Shown here: piece after piece, positions 1 to 13,222 of the stretch | Layout of the letters: each line of letters starts with the position of its first letter | How positions within the stretch are numbered: the stretch's first letter is position 1 | Notes under the pieces: model-generated | The model's database searches: none | What the model was told of the DNA's origin: nothing | The model's input: only the letters and a program-made list of their open reading frames with translations | DNA from: the human T2T-CHM13v2.0 reference genome, Homo sapiens | DNA length: 64,000 nt | Assembly (NCBI RefSeq): GCF_009914755.1 | Contig: NC_060944.1 | Direction: 5' to 3' (one strand) | Program-made: the position numbers and the translations under genes

Positions 1-392
1 GCCTGGGAAGGTTCTTGGCTTTGCCCAGGAAAGAATTCAAGAGCAAGCTGGTGGTAGAAGAAAACAGCCTCACTGAGGCCCAGCGTTACAGCTCTGTGAT
101 TGCCCCTGCAGAGCAGGGCCATGTCCTAGGCAGTGTGTGCACAGCCGCAGCTTTATACCCACTTAAAATGACATGCAAAGTAAGGAAAAGGTTATTCAGA
201 ATTTCCTAGAAAAAGAGGTGGTAACTTCCAGGTCATTGCCATGGAAAGGGGTGGCAACTTCTGGGTGTTGCCATGGCAATGGTAAACTGACATGGCACTG
301 GTTAGCAGTCTTATGGAAAGGTGCTTTCACCTCTCCCCTGTTTCAGCCACTCTTCAATCTGCTCCAGAGTTTGAGCCCCACTTCCTACCTCA
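1..392 (-). mobile_element. ERV1-class LTR (MER4-group, tentatively MER66-like), cut by the window start
   Basis: Ends ...CCTACCTCA (minus-strand TGAGGTAGG start); colinear homology to the copy at 35195-35683. Confidence 0.75.
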
Positions 393-1907
393 AGGGGACC
401 CCAGGGTGGTGGTCACAGCGTATGTAAGAATTATAATCACAATTACAGTTAAACATTCAGGTAAGCATATTAGAAGGCAAAAATATTTCCTTTTTCAACA
501 TTAGGATACAGTTTGTTTGAAAGGTCTAGTAATGCAATGGTTACATCGCAAACTCATGCTTTAAATACTAAGTACCTTCCCCATCTCTGTCTGTAAAGGA
601 GCCACAAAGATTCCCACGAGACAGCCTGGTACATCTTCCAGTCCTCTAGGTTTTTATCTTAAATATTAGTCTATAATAACATGAGTCAGAGCTCCTCAGG
701 GAGAAATTGATTTGATGTCCCAGGAAGAGGAAAGTGGAGATGGTTCTGGTACATCTTATTGCCAGAAAGCAGTAATTATTTCCAAATTTTTTGGGAATCA
801 TATCAAAAGAACAAAAAAGCTAGCCCAAGAGGCTCCCAGTGGACATATTATGCCAATGTAACCATCATCAAGAGAGTGATAATTATGGGTAATTAGGACT
901 AGTCACTTTGTTTAAAACCACAGGTCTATAATGCTACTCAAAATGGGAAAAGTTATTATAAAGTTTGCAAAGCCATCTGTGAAAGGTTGATGAGGAATTG
1001 GAGATGTGTTGGTGCCAGATTATAACTCCACAGATTACTTGCGGGTCAGTAGGAGAAAATGTAGTTATAAAGCAGAGGAATCTGACTGCGCTTACCACAA
1101 CCCGGTGACAAAACAACATCCCTCATGGTGAAGCAGCTGGACGTGTGTGTCAGGATGTGACACACGTGATGTACAAAGATGGTATCATCATCAAAGTAGA
1201 CACCAAAACGTGTTTACCTGAACCAAGTGAGGGCCCCGGACCTAACATCCAGCCTGCAGAAAATACTGGGTGTAGAAGGGCTGGCTGTCACGAGACCTGA
1301 TCAGACTCAGGCAGAACATGGTGCCTCCTACAGGATGGCAGCTCAGCTCTTCATCCAATCACAGTCATGGCAGCAACTGGCGGGGCAGGGCCCGTCTAAG
1401 AGAAATGAGACGTAATCTGTAGAGAAGCCAGCTAGACACAGGGGAAATGGTAAGGCAGCTGCAGCAAAATGTCAACACTTGTCCTTATTTCCTCATCTAC
1501 AAAATGGGGGTGGCATCAACAGCACTCATCTTAGAAGATTATAAAGATTAAACGTAAAATGTTTAGAACATTGTACATTATCAACTAAAGGTTCCAAAAG
1601 CTGTTAGGCGGTGCTGGTGAGTGTTCTTTCCATGCATGAAATCCTCTCAGACATTAAAAAATCTAGACTCAGACCAGTGAATACTGTTTGGAGACAATGC
1701 CCCCACCCCCAACCCACTGCAAAGAAAAAAAAAAAAGATGAGGATGAGGATGGTGTATTGAAAGCACAACAGAGACAATGGCAGCCCTCTTTCTACAAAT
1801 CCAGTAAACAGAATCTTTCCAGGAGTACATATGGTGAAAAGTCAGGTATAATTGCATTTCATACTTGGTAAATTGTTATTTATATGAGAAAATGCAAAAG
1901 TGAGTTT

Positions 1908-2610
1908 CTGTATCAGTTAACTATTGCTGTGTAACAAACCACTCCAACATAAGTGGCTCAAGGCAATAATCAGTTATGATCACTCACAAGACTTGGGTTT
2001 CCTGGCAGGCTCTAGGCTGGTCTGGGCTGGATTTGCTGCAGTCTGTGGGGACGGCTGCTCTAGGAGGGCTTCGCCTGGACTGGTCTCCTCCACGTTGTCT
2101 CTCATCACCCAGCAAGCCTGGAACTGGTACATCATCATTCCTTCCACCCCCCCCCCTTTTTTTTTTCCAGACAGAGTCTCACTCTGTCGCCTAGGCTGGA
2201 GTGCAGTGGCATGATCTTGGTTCACTGCAACCTCCACTTCCCGGGATTCAAGCAATTCTCGTGCCTCAGCCTCCCAAGAAGCTGGGATTACAGGCATGCG
2301 CCACCACGCCCGGCTAATTTTTGTATTTTTAATAGAGATGGCGTTTTGTCATGTTGGCCAGGCTGGTCTTGAACTCCTGACCTCAGATGATCTACCCATC
2401 TCAGCCTCCCAAAGTGTTGGGATTATAGACGTGAGCCACTATGCCCGACCCCTTCCTCCACTTCTGTTAGTCACAGAGCAACCCAGATTCAAGGGAAAAG
2501 GAAACAAACTCTATCTCTAGATGGGTTGGGCTCTAGAGTCATTTTGAAAAGGGCACCAATAAAAGTGCAGGGGAGGATTGGGGCAGCTGCAGTCAATCAA
2601 CCACAGACCA
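1908..2610 (-). mobile_element. MaLR LTR (MLT1 family) interrupted by an Alu
   Basis: Begins tgtatcagttaactattgctgtgtaacaaaccac, typical of an antisense MLT1 end; resumes after the Alu. Confidence 0.6.
2157..2450 (-). mobile_element. Alu (AluS-like)
   Basis: Poly-T followed by the antisense Alu dimer (agacagagtctcactctgtcgcc ... gtgagccactatgcccgacc). Confidence 0.95.
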
Positions 2611-5600
2611 TCTGGGCCGCACTGACATAACCAGACATGCAGATGAAGAGGACTTTCTTGTAATGCACAAAGGTATTTTCATAGCTGGGCTTTTCTCTGT
2701 GTATCTTTGGAAGAGTACCTACAAGGCAGCTGGTAAAATGGACCTATTCCTTAGTGGTAGCATGAAAACATAGTAACTAACAAAGACTAACAATCATTCA
2801 GAGGGCAGGCCATGTTCTGCCTTGATGGCTACACATGGTCTCATTTCATCTTCATTGCCATCTCCTCCACATCCATTCCATTCTCTTCATGTGAAGTCGA
2901 GGAAGTTTAAGCACCAAGAATTTTAATATTTTGTCCGAGGTCAGTTAGTTGATGAGTGGTGGCACTAGGCCTACAACTCCCCCTATTAATGCCTGGGCCC
3001 ACGAACTTAGCAATATATGTACACGCTACAGCCTCCCTGAGTGGAAAGCTTACAGGTCACAGGTCCCAAACACCAGAGAACCAATGATAATCTTTGATGA
3101 ACTTTTCAGCAGACACAAACTGAATAAAATAAAACAATGTAGGAATTATTTTTAAGTGCTAATTCTATCTACCTATTGATGTACTTTATTTATATATTTA
3201 CTTACTTATTTATAATTTTATCCTGAAATTGTGTCCTTCCTACTTTGGGGGTGCTGAAATAAGCTTTTCCTTAGGCAGTAGTGGGAAAAGGAGAATGCGG
3301 TTGCATGTTTGCTGCCATTACTGTTGTGGGTTATTGTTGGTTTGAGTCCTGGTGTTTGTAATGTTCTCACCTGGAAAAAAAAATAAAATGTTAGTAACAT
3401 TTACAACCTCTATGAGATATTTGACATGTGCCTTACCACCCGTCTGATCATACTCCTTTCCCAGAGCTCTGGGTTTCTGGAAGCATCATGCGGCGGCCAG
3501 GCACCTGACCCCACCTGAGGCTCCAGCAGAGGAGCAGTGAGTGAACCTGGCTAAACCCATCTGTGAGCTCCAGCACCCTGGCAATAGAATTCGGGTCAGA
3601 CGTTGAGCCAGTTCACATCAAATTAACCTGAGGGTGTTCCAGGAAGACAGGGGCAGAGAGGAAATTGTCCCCAGGAGATGCAGCCATCATGGGATCCTGA
3701 GGGCAGATGGCTTTGCAATGAAGCTGACCCTCGAAAGCAGAGTAGAGATAGAAACAAAATGAGCCCTCAGTGTCACTATAGAGGCCCCTCACACCAGCCA
3801 TTAACTCAGGATCCTCAGGTGTATGAGCCAATATATTCCACTGATTGTTTAAACCAGAGTGAACTTGGTTTTCAGTCTGCAAAGAGTAACCAAGGAGTCA
3901 AATACGCAATTTGGGACCCCCTGGGAAAGTTCATCCTCCCTTCTTCCTGGTCACTGAGGAAAATATGACCCTGTGTCTCCTGTCATTCTGATAAGAACAC
4001 ATCTAATTTAATCGAAGCTAAGCAATCCGGGCCTTTAAAAATAATTTTATTGTTTCACTGCTACCTTCTTCTCCTTAGTCACCTCTACCTAGATAGAGTG
4101 GGAACCAAAGTTGGGGGTGCAGCCATTTTGGCACATGGTGGAATTGTACTGTTTGCCACTGAGCCTTCCTTTTATTTTGACTGCAGGCGGACCGCCCATC
4201 TTATGCAATTCTTCAGGGACACGTCTCGGATCTCAGCCCGTAAGTTATAAAAGCATGCAGTTCCAATGGGATCTCAACCTCTAAGTTATGAAAGCATATG
4301 CAGTTCCAACCCCCATTGACTCCAGTTCCCAAGATGTTGCTTCAGTTCTTGAATCTCAAAATCACTGGCAAAAAGTGATGCCTCATCTGGAATGGAGCTG
4401 ATCTGCAGGGCTGGTGGTAGCTGTAATGATCCTGCTCACATCTGTGGCGAGGTCCACTGGACTTCCATGGGAATCATTAGTGGAAATCATGGCATTGCAT
4501 ACCTCAGTAACAAGAGGCTTTATCTGCTAAAGAGGAGTCAGAGACGGCTGCCCTCCTGTTATTTCATCTGCCTCCGAAGATATGTCCAGGTGTGTGATGA
4601 CAAATTTGTTGCAACAGGACAGGCGAGCCGGCACTCAAATTTGCCTGCATCGGTTACTTCACATACCTTTTCTCCTTGTCTTGGAGCACCCTGTTCAGTG
4701 TTCCTCAAAAGCTGAGTTTTTGATAAAGATTTCTTTCTACAACCTCCACAGTATTCCAGGGACTGAGACATACATGTCAAATATTTTAAGTCGTTTACAA
4801 AAGTATTGAGATTTCCTAATGCTAAATGAGCAGACTGAGGCTGTGAATGGCAAAATTACCCATTGCATGCAGCAATTCAGAGGCTGTCTGTCACGCATAC
4901 GAGACACCATGGAGGGGAGGACTGGCTGATTTAGCTACTCAATAGATACATCCAAAAATACCACTTAGAATTTAGTATTTATTTTCCTTGGAAAAGAATA
5001 ACGGCACTGTTTCCTGCAGGGAAATTTACTATGCCTTTATTCTGTTTAACCAATAATACCTTATGGGCTCTTGAAAATTATATTCACTTAAAGATCAGGC
5101 AGTCATTTTCATTTGTCCTGACAGAAAAGCATAGATTGCAACTGGGTCTACAGCACCCAGGTTCAGTCAGCGTTTTGCTGGAATAACAGTGGCCACAACC
5201 AAACTCATTGTCACTCAAAACCACCTTTCTCTTGGCTGGTGCTGATATTTTGCTTGGGATGATCTTTTACATGGGAAGCCAGCCCCAGCCAGTCTTTACT
5301 CTTGCCTGAGGCCAAGGCCTCTTCTCCATGTCTGTAGTCACGCCTCTCTCTTGCATGTGTGCCCTCTCTAGACCTCCATGGCAAGTGGACTAAGGGTGAC
5401 CTTTAGAGCAGGCGTTAGGGATTTCTGCTCTAAAAGGAGACCCATGGCCCATGGTGACACATAGAATGCTTAGTAAAATGGCATTCCTCTACCACAGGGG
5501 AAAAAAAACCCAGGCCTTGGAGGAACATGGGCTATGACTATGGCCTCTTTTGTTTCTGTAATGCACATACACTTAGTAATTTCCTGATATAATTTTTCAG

Positions 5601-6196
5601 GTTTCAAAACATCCATGAGCTCCAGCCCTCTTCATCTCTTGCTGGAGAGCTCATTCTCTCATTCTCTGGAACACAGAGCTGTGCTGCTCGTAGGCACTCA
5701 GGAAACACTTGCTGAATGGATTTAAAGTGGATAATACAGGGAGAATTATCTTGTAAACTGAGCCTGCTGGTTTCAATCGTCATCACATACATACACAAAA
5801 TGACAGACATTGAAGCATGTTTGAGGAAGGATCTCTACTCGGTGCAGACCTTTGAAAACAGCCTGGTGCTTGGGTGCCACCCCAGACCAAAGAAGCTGGA
5901 ACGCCTGGGACTGACCTCCAGGCATGGGTGCTTTTCAGAAACACCCTGGGTGGTTTCGCAAGCAATCAGGGTCACACAGGTGGTCCCAGCGTTAATTTTG
6001 GTGCAACAAGTATGAGTGTTAAATAACAATGCATCTTATTCAATACTTTGACCACTCAAGGAGAAGACCTCAATTCACCATCAGTGAGTCTTCCATCTCT
6101 TTACCTCTTGTTCATGTGCCTTTTAATATATAGACCACAAGCTCAGAGCCTGGGCAGATAATGGCATCTTTTTCAAATTTCATAATGTTTTTTCTG

Positions 6197-6488
6197 GGCT
6201 GGGGATGGTGGCACATGCCTGTAATCCCAGCACTTTTGGGAGGCTGAGACAGGCAGATCATCTGAGGTCAGGAGTTCAAGACCAGCCTGGCCAACATGGT
6301 GAAACGCTGTCTCCACTAAAAATACAAAAATTAGCTGGGTGTCCTGCCTGTAATGCCAGCTACTCAGGCGGCTGAGGCAAGAGAATTGCTTAAACTTGGG
6401 AGGCAGAGGTTGCAGTGAGCCAAGATCACACCACTGCACTCCAGCCTGGGCGACAGAGCTAGACTCCTTCTCAAAAAAAAAAAAAAAA
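6197..6488 (+). mobile_element. Alu (AluS-like)
   Basis: ggctggggatggtggcacatgcctgtaatcccagc ... poly-A tail. Confidence 0.95.
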
Positions 6489-6519
6489 GGCTGTAGAGAA
6501 TACATGCAGTTGCTATTGA

Positions 6520-7830
6520 GAAGCCGATTACTGCTGCCTAATTGTCTGAGAGTTTAAGCAACCTGCCTTTTCTCTCTAGGTGCTTGAGGATGGTCTCTTA
6601 TCTTTAGTTTTCTGCATTTCGCTAAAATGCAGTTTAGTGCATTTTTACTAAATGCATTTTCTGCATTTTCACTAAAATATGTCTAAATGCATGTTTGTTT
6701 CTTTGTTTTCTCGTTTAGGATTAATTGCACTTCCTGAATCTGTGAATTGGTGTCTTCCATCAGTTCTGAAAAATTCTAGCCACTGTATCTTCACATATTG
6801 TCCCTACTACCTGCTCCCCCAATTCTGGAACTCTCAGTGGATACATTGTATTTTTTCAGTCCATGCCTCATGTCAGTGTTCTTCTCACATTTTTTTTTCA
6901 TTTTTTCATCTTTCTGGGCTGCGTTTTGGATGATATTCTCAGATACATATTTCAGTAAACTAATTCTCTTTTATCTGTGTGTAATCTGCTATTAAACCCA
7001 TCTGTTGAGTTTTCATTCTCATCCTTATCTTTGTGGGGTTTTTCTTACACTTGTAATTGGCTCTTTTTGTAATTTGCTTGATAGTTTCATATTCTCTTGC
7101 ACTTTTCTCATATTTTCAGTCCTTTATTTATTTAAACCAACTAAACATACCTATTTTATATTTTGCACCTGATAATGCTAATATCAAACATTTCACATAG
7201 TTATTAAACCATCTGTTGTTTTCTATAGCTCTTGTTCACGGTGCCTAGTTTTGCTACGAGTTTATAATTTTTGCATGAGTTTGTATTTATTTGGAGCTTC
7301 ATCTATGGGAATTCCCTGCCATCTGTATTGAAGGTGAAATTATCTCCTTTTGCTTCTGCAGGTTCCCCAGGACATTATCAGCCAGGACTACTTTAAACTA
7401 AATTCTCAGTTTGCAGTTTTACAGACTTGGTGGTAATGTAAATTCAGTCCATAAAGCTGATTTCTCAGGCTATAAATTTTCGGGGTAGATTTTCCCTCTC
7501 GAATCTTCCTCAAGGTTTGAGACAGACAGTTGGTCATCCAGTCCCCTGAGGGGTGGATTTATTTCCACTTCACCTTACAGTAAGGTTGTAGCCCTTTGGG
7601 GACCCAGTTTTACTTGGGAAGAGCTCCTGTTAGACTCACCACCTTGGACAGATGCTGAGCTTTTTCCTGTCTCTCCCCTGAGCCCCTGGAGGCTCAAGAC
7701 TGAAGCTCAAATGTCCTCGGTTGTCAAATGCCCTCAAGGTAGAGCCAGCCTTCCTGTGCTTGTCACCTCCTTGGGTTCCCAGTAATAATCAGTTGCTGGC
7801 TTCCAAGTGCAGCTTACTTTCTTGCTGGCA
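6520..7830 (-). mobile_element. Old L1M-type LINE remnant (approximate)
   Basis: T-rich degenerate sequence resembling antisense L1M. Confidence 0.45.
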
Positions 7831-7844
7831 CATCCTGCATTTTA

Positions 7845-7845
<1 letters not shown>

Positions 7846-7889
<44 letters not shown>
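7846..7889. repeat. (TG)n microsatellite, ~22 units
   Basis: Perfect TG run. Confidence 0.97.
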
Positions 7890-7892
<3 letters not shown>

Positions 7893-8129
7893 AACCTAGC
7901 ATTTTTAGATGCTTTTGGTGGGGGGAGTTTTTACATCTGGCCCATCATTCCGCCAGGAGGCATTCTTTTTAATAGCTGCATAAAATTCCACATTATAAAT
8001 GGCCCACTTTTAAAATCATTGATGGACGGATAGTCAGTTTGTTTCTGGACTCTTTTATTTGTTTTTGACACAAAAAAGAACCATAAGCATGCATCTGTAT
8101 GAGAATGTGCCCTCATTTCCATAGGATCA

Positions 8130-9400
8130 GTTCAAATATCAGGATGGTTATGTAGTGATATAGATTCACACAGATTCACAAACACATCCAGAGTATTTGA
8201 CATTGGGTACATGTGCCTCTTCTTTTCACACAACTTGTTAGTTTGAAAAATTTCAGACCTACACATTAGTTCCCAGGCAAGTATAATGAGCATACACCAA
8301 GACACACACACACGTACACACAGAGATTCATCCATATGGTTTTATGGTATATTCTGTTTTATTGAACCGTGTGAATGGTGCAGCCGTCAGGACACTTCAT
8401 TACTAAATATATCAACAGGTATGTCCCAAGAACAAAGACAGCTACAACACTGTTATCACACACAGAAGGCACAACAGTTATATAAGTTTATGATCTAAAA
8501 TAGATTGGAATAAAATACAATCAAATTTCTCCAATTGCCCCAGTAACACCTGTTACAACCATTTTATTTTTTATTCTAGAAAACCTTTAGGAGCAATTAA
8601 AGATGACGAATTGCCTTTAGTTGCAAGATTCCCTTAATCCCCTGTAATCTGGCACAGTTCTCCTGACTTTATTTTTATTTTTTGTCTTTCTTGGCATGGA
8701 TCTTGTGATGAGTCCAGGGCAGTTATTTTGTAGACAATTCCTCAAGTGTGTTTCTCTGATCTCTTCCTGGTGATGTGGTTCAGGATAATCATTCTTGGTT
8801 TGAATTCTGCGCAGGGTGTGTCCCTTCCCAGTGCACCCCTTAGAGGATGCATGAAGCTACCTTGTCCCATTATTCATTATGTTGTTTGATCATTCAGTGA
8901 AGGGGGTTTCTGGCATTTTCTCTTTTATTAAGTGATATTTTGCCTTAGTAATTAATAATAAGTTATGGCGCTAGACTTTGAGGCGGCATGGAGAGCCTCT
9001 TCAACGTCATTTTCCACCCAATGATTTCAACATCCATTGAAGATTTTTGCCTGAATCAGTAATTATTATGGTGGCTGTAAAGCAGTGATTTACAATGTCT
9101 TTTATTCCTCTACATTTATTTGTTGGTGTTTCTTCTGTAAAAAGGAGCTTTCCCATGTAACCTAAGTTTTTCAAATGTTTGTGTGTTTGTTTATCTGAGT
9201 GCGGACTCATGGATTTCTTTCTCTTTTTTTCTTATTTGATAACATATAACCTATTCCAATAGCTTTTATTTTGATGCTAAAATTGCTCTAAGCCCTGGCC
9301 AGTGGGAGCCCCGTTGAGCTGGCTCTGGTGTCCTTTTGTTCTGTCTCTACAACTTTAGACACTTCTTTATCTTTGTCATATCAAGATGTTCCCATTTCTT
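8130..9400 (-). mobile_element. Old L1M 3'-region remnant (approximate)
   Basis: Degenerate antisense L1MC-like motifs (tcaaatttctccaattgccccag; ttattttgtagacaattcctcaa). Confidence 0.45.
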
Positions 9401-10856
9401 TGTGTTCTGTCCTGTTCCAGCCCTTGCACGCATGGGGTCCTGTTGGAGCCCTGACTCCTTTTGGTGGGGAATGGTTTGTGGACGCCAGCATCTTGCCCCT
9501 TTGTGGAACTCTCTCCTCCTGGACTTCTATGGCTGGGCTCTCCCCGTCTCCACCCTGCACTTGTCTGGTGAGATTCTACTGGCCTCTTAGATAGTGGTCC
9601 TTGCCATGGTCCTTCCCTGGTGCCTCTACGATCCTCTTCCAGCCTCTGTCTCCTTGGAGGACTTCACCCCTGCAGTGGTTTCCGGAATTATTGATACACT
9701 GTCAACTCCCAGGCGGCTCTGTCCCATTCTAGACCATCTCCTGACTTCCTGCTGTTCACAACTCCCTACTCCACCATCACCTCAAAGCCCTGCAGACATT
9801 TCAAACTCCTTCGCTTCACTTCCAACTAAAGGCCTCACAACCCACCCCGTCTCCCACACTTAAACACATCACATCTTTCTCTGCTACCGAGTATCTCTAG
9901 TCACCAAATTCTGCCAAATCTGCCCCAGAAATGTCTTGTGTGCCATGTTACCCTCTCTAACCCCACCATTGCTATGGAAATACCAACTCTCACTTAGATG
10001 ACTGTCTCTCATTCCAAAATCCTTGCCACTGGCCTGATCTGGTTTGCCAGAATTTCCTCCTCAGAAATGAATGAGATGGGATGTGGGGCATGGGTCCCTC
10101 AGACACTCTCCAGGTCCTCCCTGGGAGCACCCTGACATTCGTAGCCACACACTTTCACCTGGTCATCTGGCTATGTCCTTTCTAAAGGGATACAAGCAAA
10201 AGGAATCACATGGGACTTCGAGGAAAGCTGAAAGACTCAACCGAATAGACTTTGTGTTGTCCTTCCTTCTTCCAGCCTAGGCTGTGACTCCAGCAGTCCC
10301 CCCGGACCATGCGCTGATCCTGAAGATGGCAGCCATGTGCTGGAGGCAAGGGCAAAAAAAGGAGCTGGAACCTCAGACGACACCTTGGAACTGCTATTTT
10401 CTGCCATGTCCTGGATGCTTCTTCTTCCTGGGGGATATCAACATTAATCTTATTTAAGCCACTGCTTTGGGGTGGGGGAAGGGTATGCCTCTTATCAGCA
10501 GCCACCCCTAACCCCAGCTGACAGAGCACAGCGTAGCAGTGGGGTGCATCACCTTGGCAACCAGCCACTAACTGCGTTAGAATTAGTGCCTGGCCTTCAT
10601 CAAGTCACTTAACTGCTTAGAGGTTAATTTATTTCTTCTCTTCTCCACCACACGTCTCTTCCCACTCTCATTCAGTGGCTGGTTTCTATCCATGCTTCAA
10701 TATCCAAGTTAAATGTCACCTTGACAGAAGACAGGCTTCTGGGCCATGTTCTGCATCTGGGTCTGGACATGGTTACATGTATGTATGCACTTTGGAAAGT
10801 CACATCTTTAATGCTTATAAATTTTGATAGCTATCTGTCCACATATAGAGGACAAT

Positions 10857-12032
10857 AGCTGCAGGTATAGGTGTAGGTACAGGTGTGGGTGCAGAGACAG
10901 GTACAGATGCAGATGGGATGTAGCTGTAGCTGCAGGTATAGGTGTAGGTAGAGATGCAGGTGTAGGTGTAGGTACAGGTGTGGGTGCAATACAGGCAAAG
11001 ACATAGGTTCAGGTGTAGATGCAGATGTAGATATAGGTGCAGATGCAGGTGCAGATGTAGATGCAGGTGTAGGTGCATGTACAGGTGCAGGTACAGGGGT
11101 AGGTACAGGAATAGGTGCAAATGTAGATGTAGATGTAAATGTAGATGGAGGTGTAGGTACAGGTACAGGTTTAGTTGCAGGTGCAGATGCAGATGTAGAT
11201 GTAGATGCAGGTGTAAATACAGGTGCAGGTGTAGGTGTAGATGCAGGTGCAGGTGTAGGTACAAGTGTAGTTATAGGTGTAGGTGTAGGTGCAAGTATAG
11301 GTGTAGATGTAGAGGCAAGTGCAGGTGTAGATATAAGTGTAGCTATAGGTGTACATGTGGCGTAGATGCAGGTGCAGGTGTAGGTGCAGATGCAGGTGCA
11401 GGTGTAGGTGCAGGTGCAGGTGTAGGTGCAGGTGTAGGTGCAGGTGCAGGTGTAGGTGCAGGTGCAGGTGTAGATGCAGGTGCAGGTGTAGGTGCAGGTG
11501 TAGGTGCAGGTGTAGGTGCAGGTGTAGATGCAGGTGTAGGTGCAGGTGTAGGTGCAGGTGTAGATGTAGATGTAGAGGCAAGTGCAGGTGTAGGTATAAG
11601 TGTAGCTATAGGTGTACATGTGGCGTAGATGTAGGTGCAGGTGTAGATGTAGATGTAGGTGCAGGTGTAGATGTAGATGCAGGTGCAGGTGTAGATGTAG
11701 ATGTAGGTGCAGGTCTAGGTACAAGTGTATGCACAGGTGTAGATGCAGGTACAGGAGTAGACGTAGGTGCGGGTATAGATGTTGGTACAGGTGTAGGTAC
11801 AAGCGTACACACAGGTGTAGATGCAGGTGTAGGTACAGGTACAGGTGTAGATTCAGGTGTAGATGTAGGTGTAGGTGCAGGGACAGGTGTAGATTCAGGT
11901 GTAGATGTAGGTGTAGGTGCAGGGACAGGTGGAGACGCAGCTGTAGATGTAGATTTAGATGCAGGTGTAGGTGCAGGTACAGATGTAGGTGTGCAGTTTC
12001 AGGTACAGGTGCAGGTGTGGATGCAGATACAG
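10857..12032. repeat. Hexamer-based low-complexity array (GGTGCA/GGTGTA/GATGTA/GATGCA)n, ~1.2 kb
   Basis: Six-base periodicity seen directly; includes an internal block duplication (gtagaggcaagtgcagg...tacatgtggcgtagatg near 11310 and 11570). Confidence 0.95.
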
Positions 12033-12699
12033 TCATAGCTTAGGGAAACCATCCCTAACCATCTCAGGCAGAATCAGCACTTTGTTCATATCTCTGAGGT
12101 TTGACATCTTCCTTACATACCTGTAGCTCCCGGGTCTTAGTGAGTGGCAGGTGAGCTCCACACCTCTAGGGCCAGCCACACTGGGGCACACACAAAACAC
12201 CCAATAAATGTCCATAAACACATGAAGGAGCTGGAATTCTTTATGTGCTTGTGTGTACTTTGGGCCTTTAATCATTTCCATGTGCCTAATTCCAGTTGTA
12301 TGAAATCACACTTCCTTTATTGAGTCTCAAATGATTTTCTTCACATTGTACAAAAATTCCTCCCAAACTTGGGAATTGGGATTTGGAAAACAATCTCTTC
12401 TCCCTTCCTTCATTGCCTTCATGGCTGAATATATTTAATTAGCATCCTCTTGACCTTTCCATACCTTTCCATGTGGAAAATGACTCATCTTTGGGCCTGT
12501 CTTATGTGGAAGCCTATCTCTCTGCTCAGGCTGAGTGTCAGAGGGACAGCCTTGTGGGTTCCCTGAGCCAGGCTGGCCAGCTTCACAGCCAGGCTTCCAG
12601 TGCAGAGAACACCACCCTCCCTGGCACTTAGAGAAGAAAGAAGACAGAGGAACAATGTGCATTAGAGTCAAACGTGCTTGTCTTATGTCACTATCAAGG

Positions 12700-13222
<523 letters not shown>

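Noticed and set aside
4241-4309. Short local duplications (also 28960-29040 and 33878-33966)
   Set aside because: Ordinary slippage-type micro-duplications with no sign of function.
10815-12043. Poly-(HL), poly-(CR) and poly-(GA/GV) ORFs up to 401 aa
   Set aside because: Artefacts of a hexamer repeat lacking stops in several frames.
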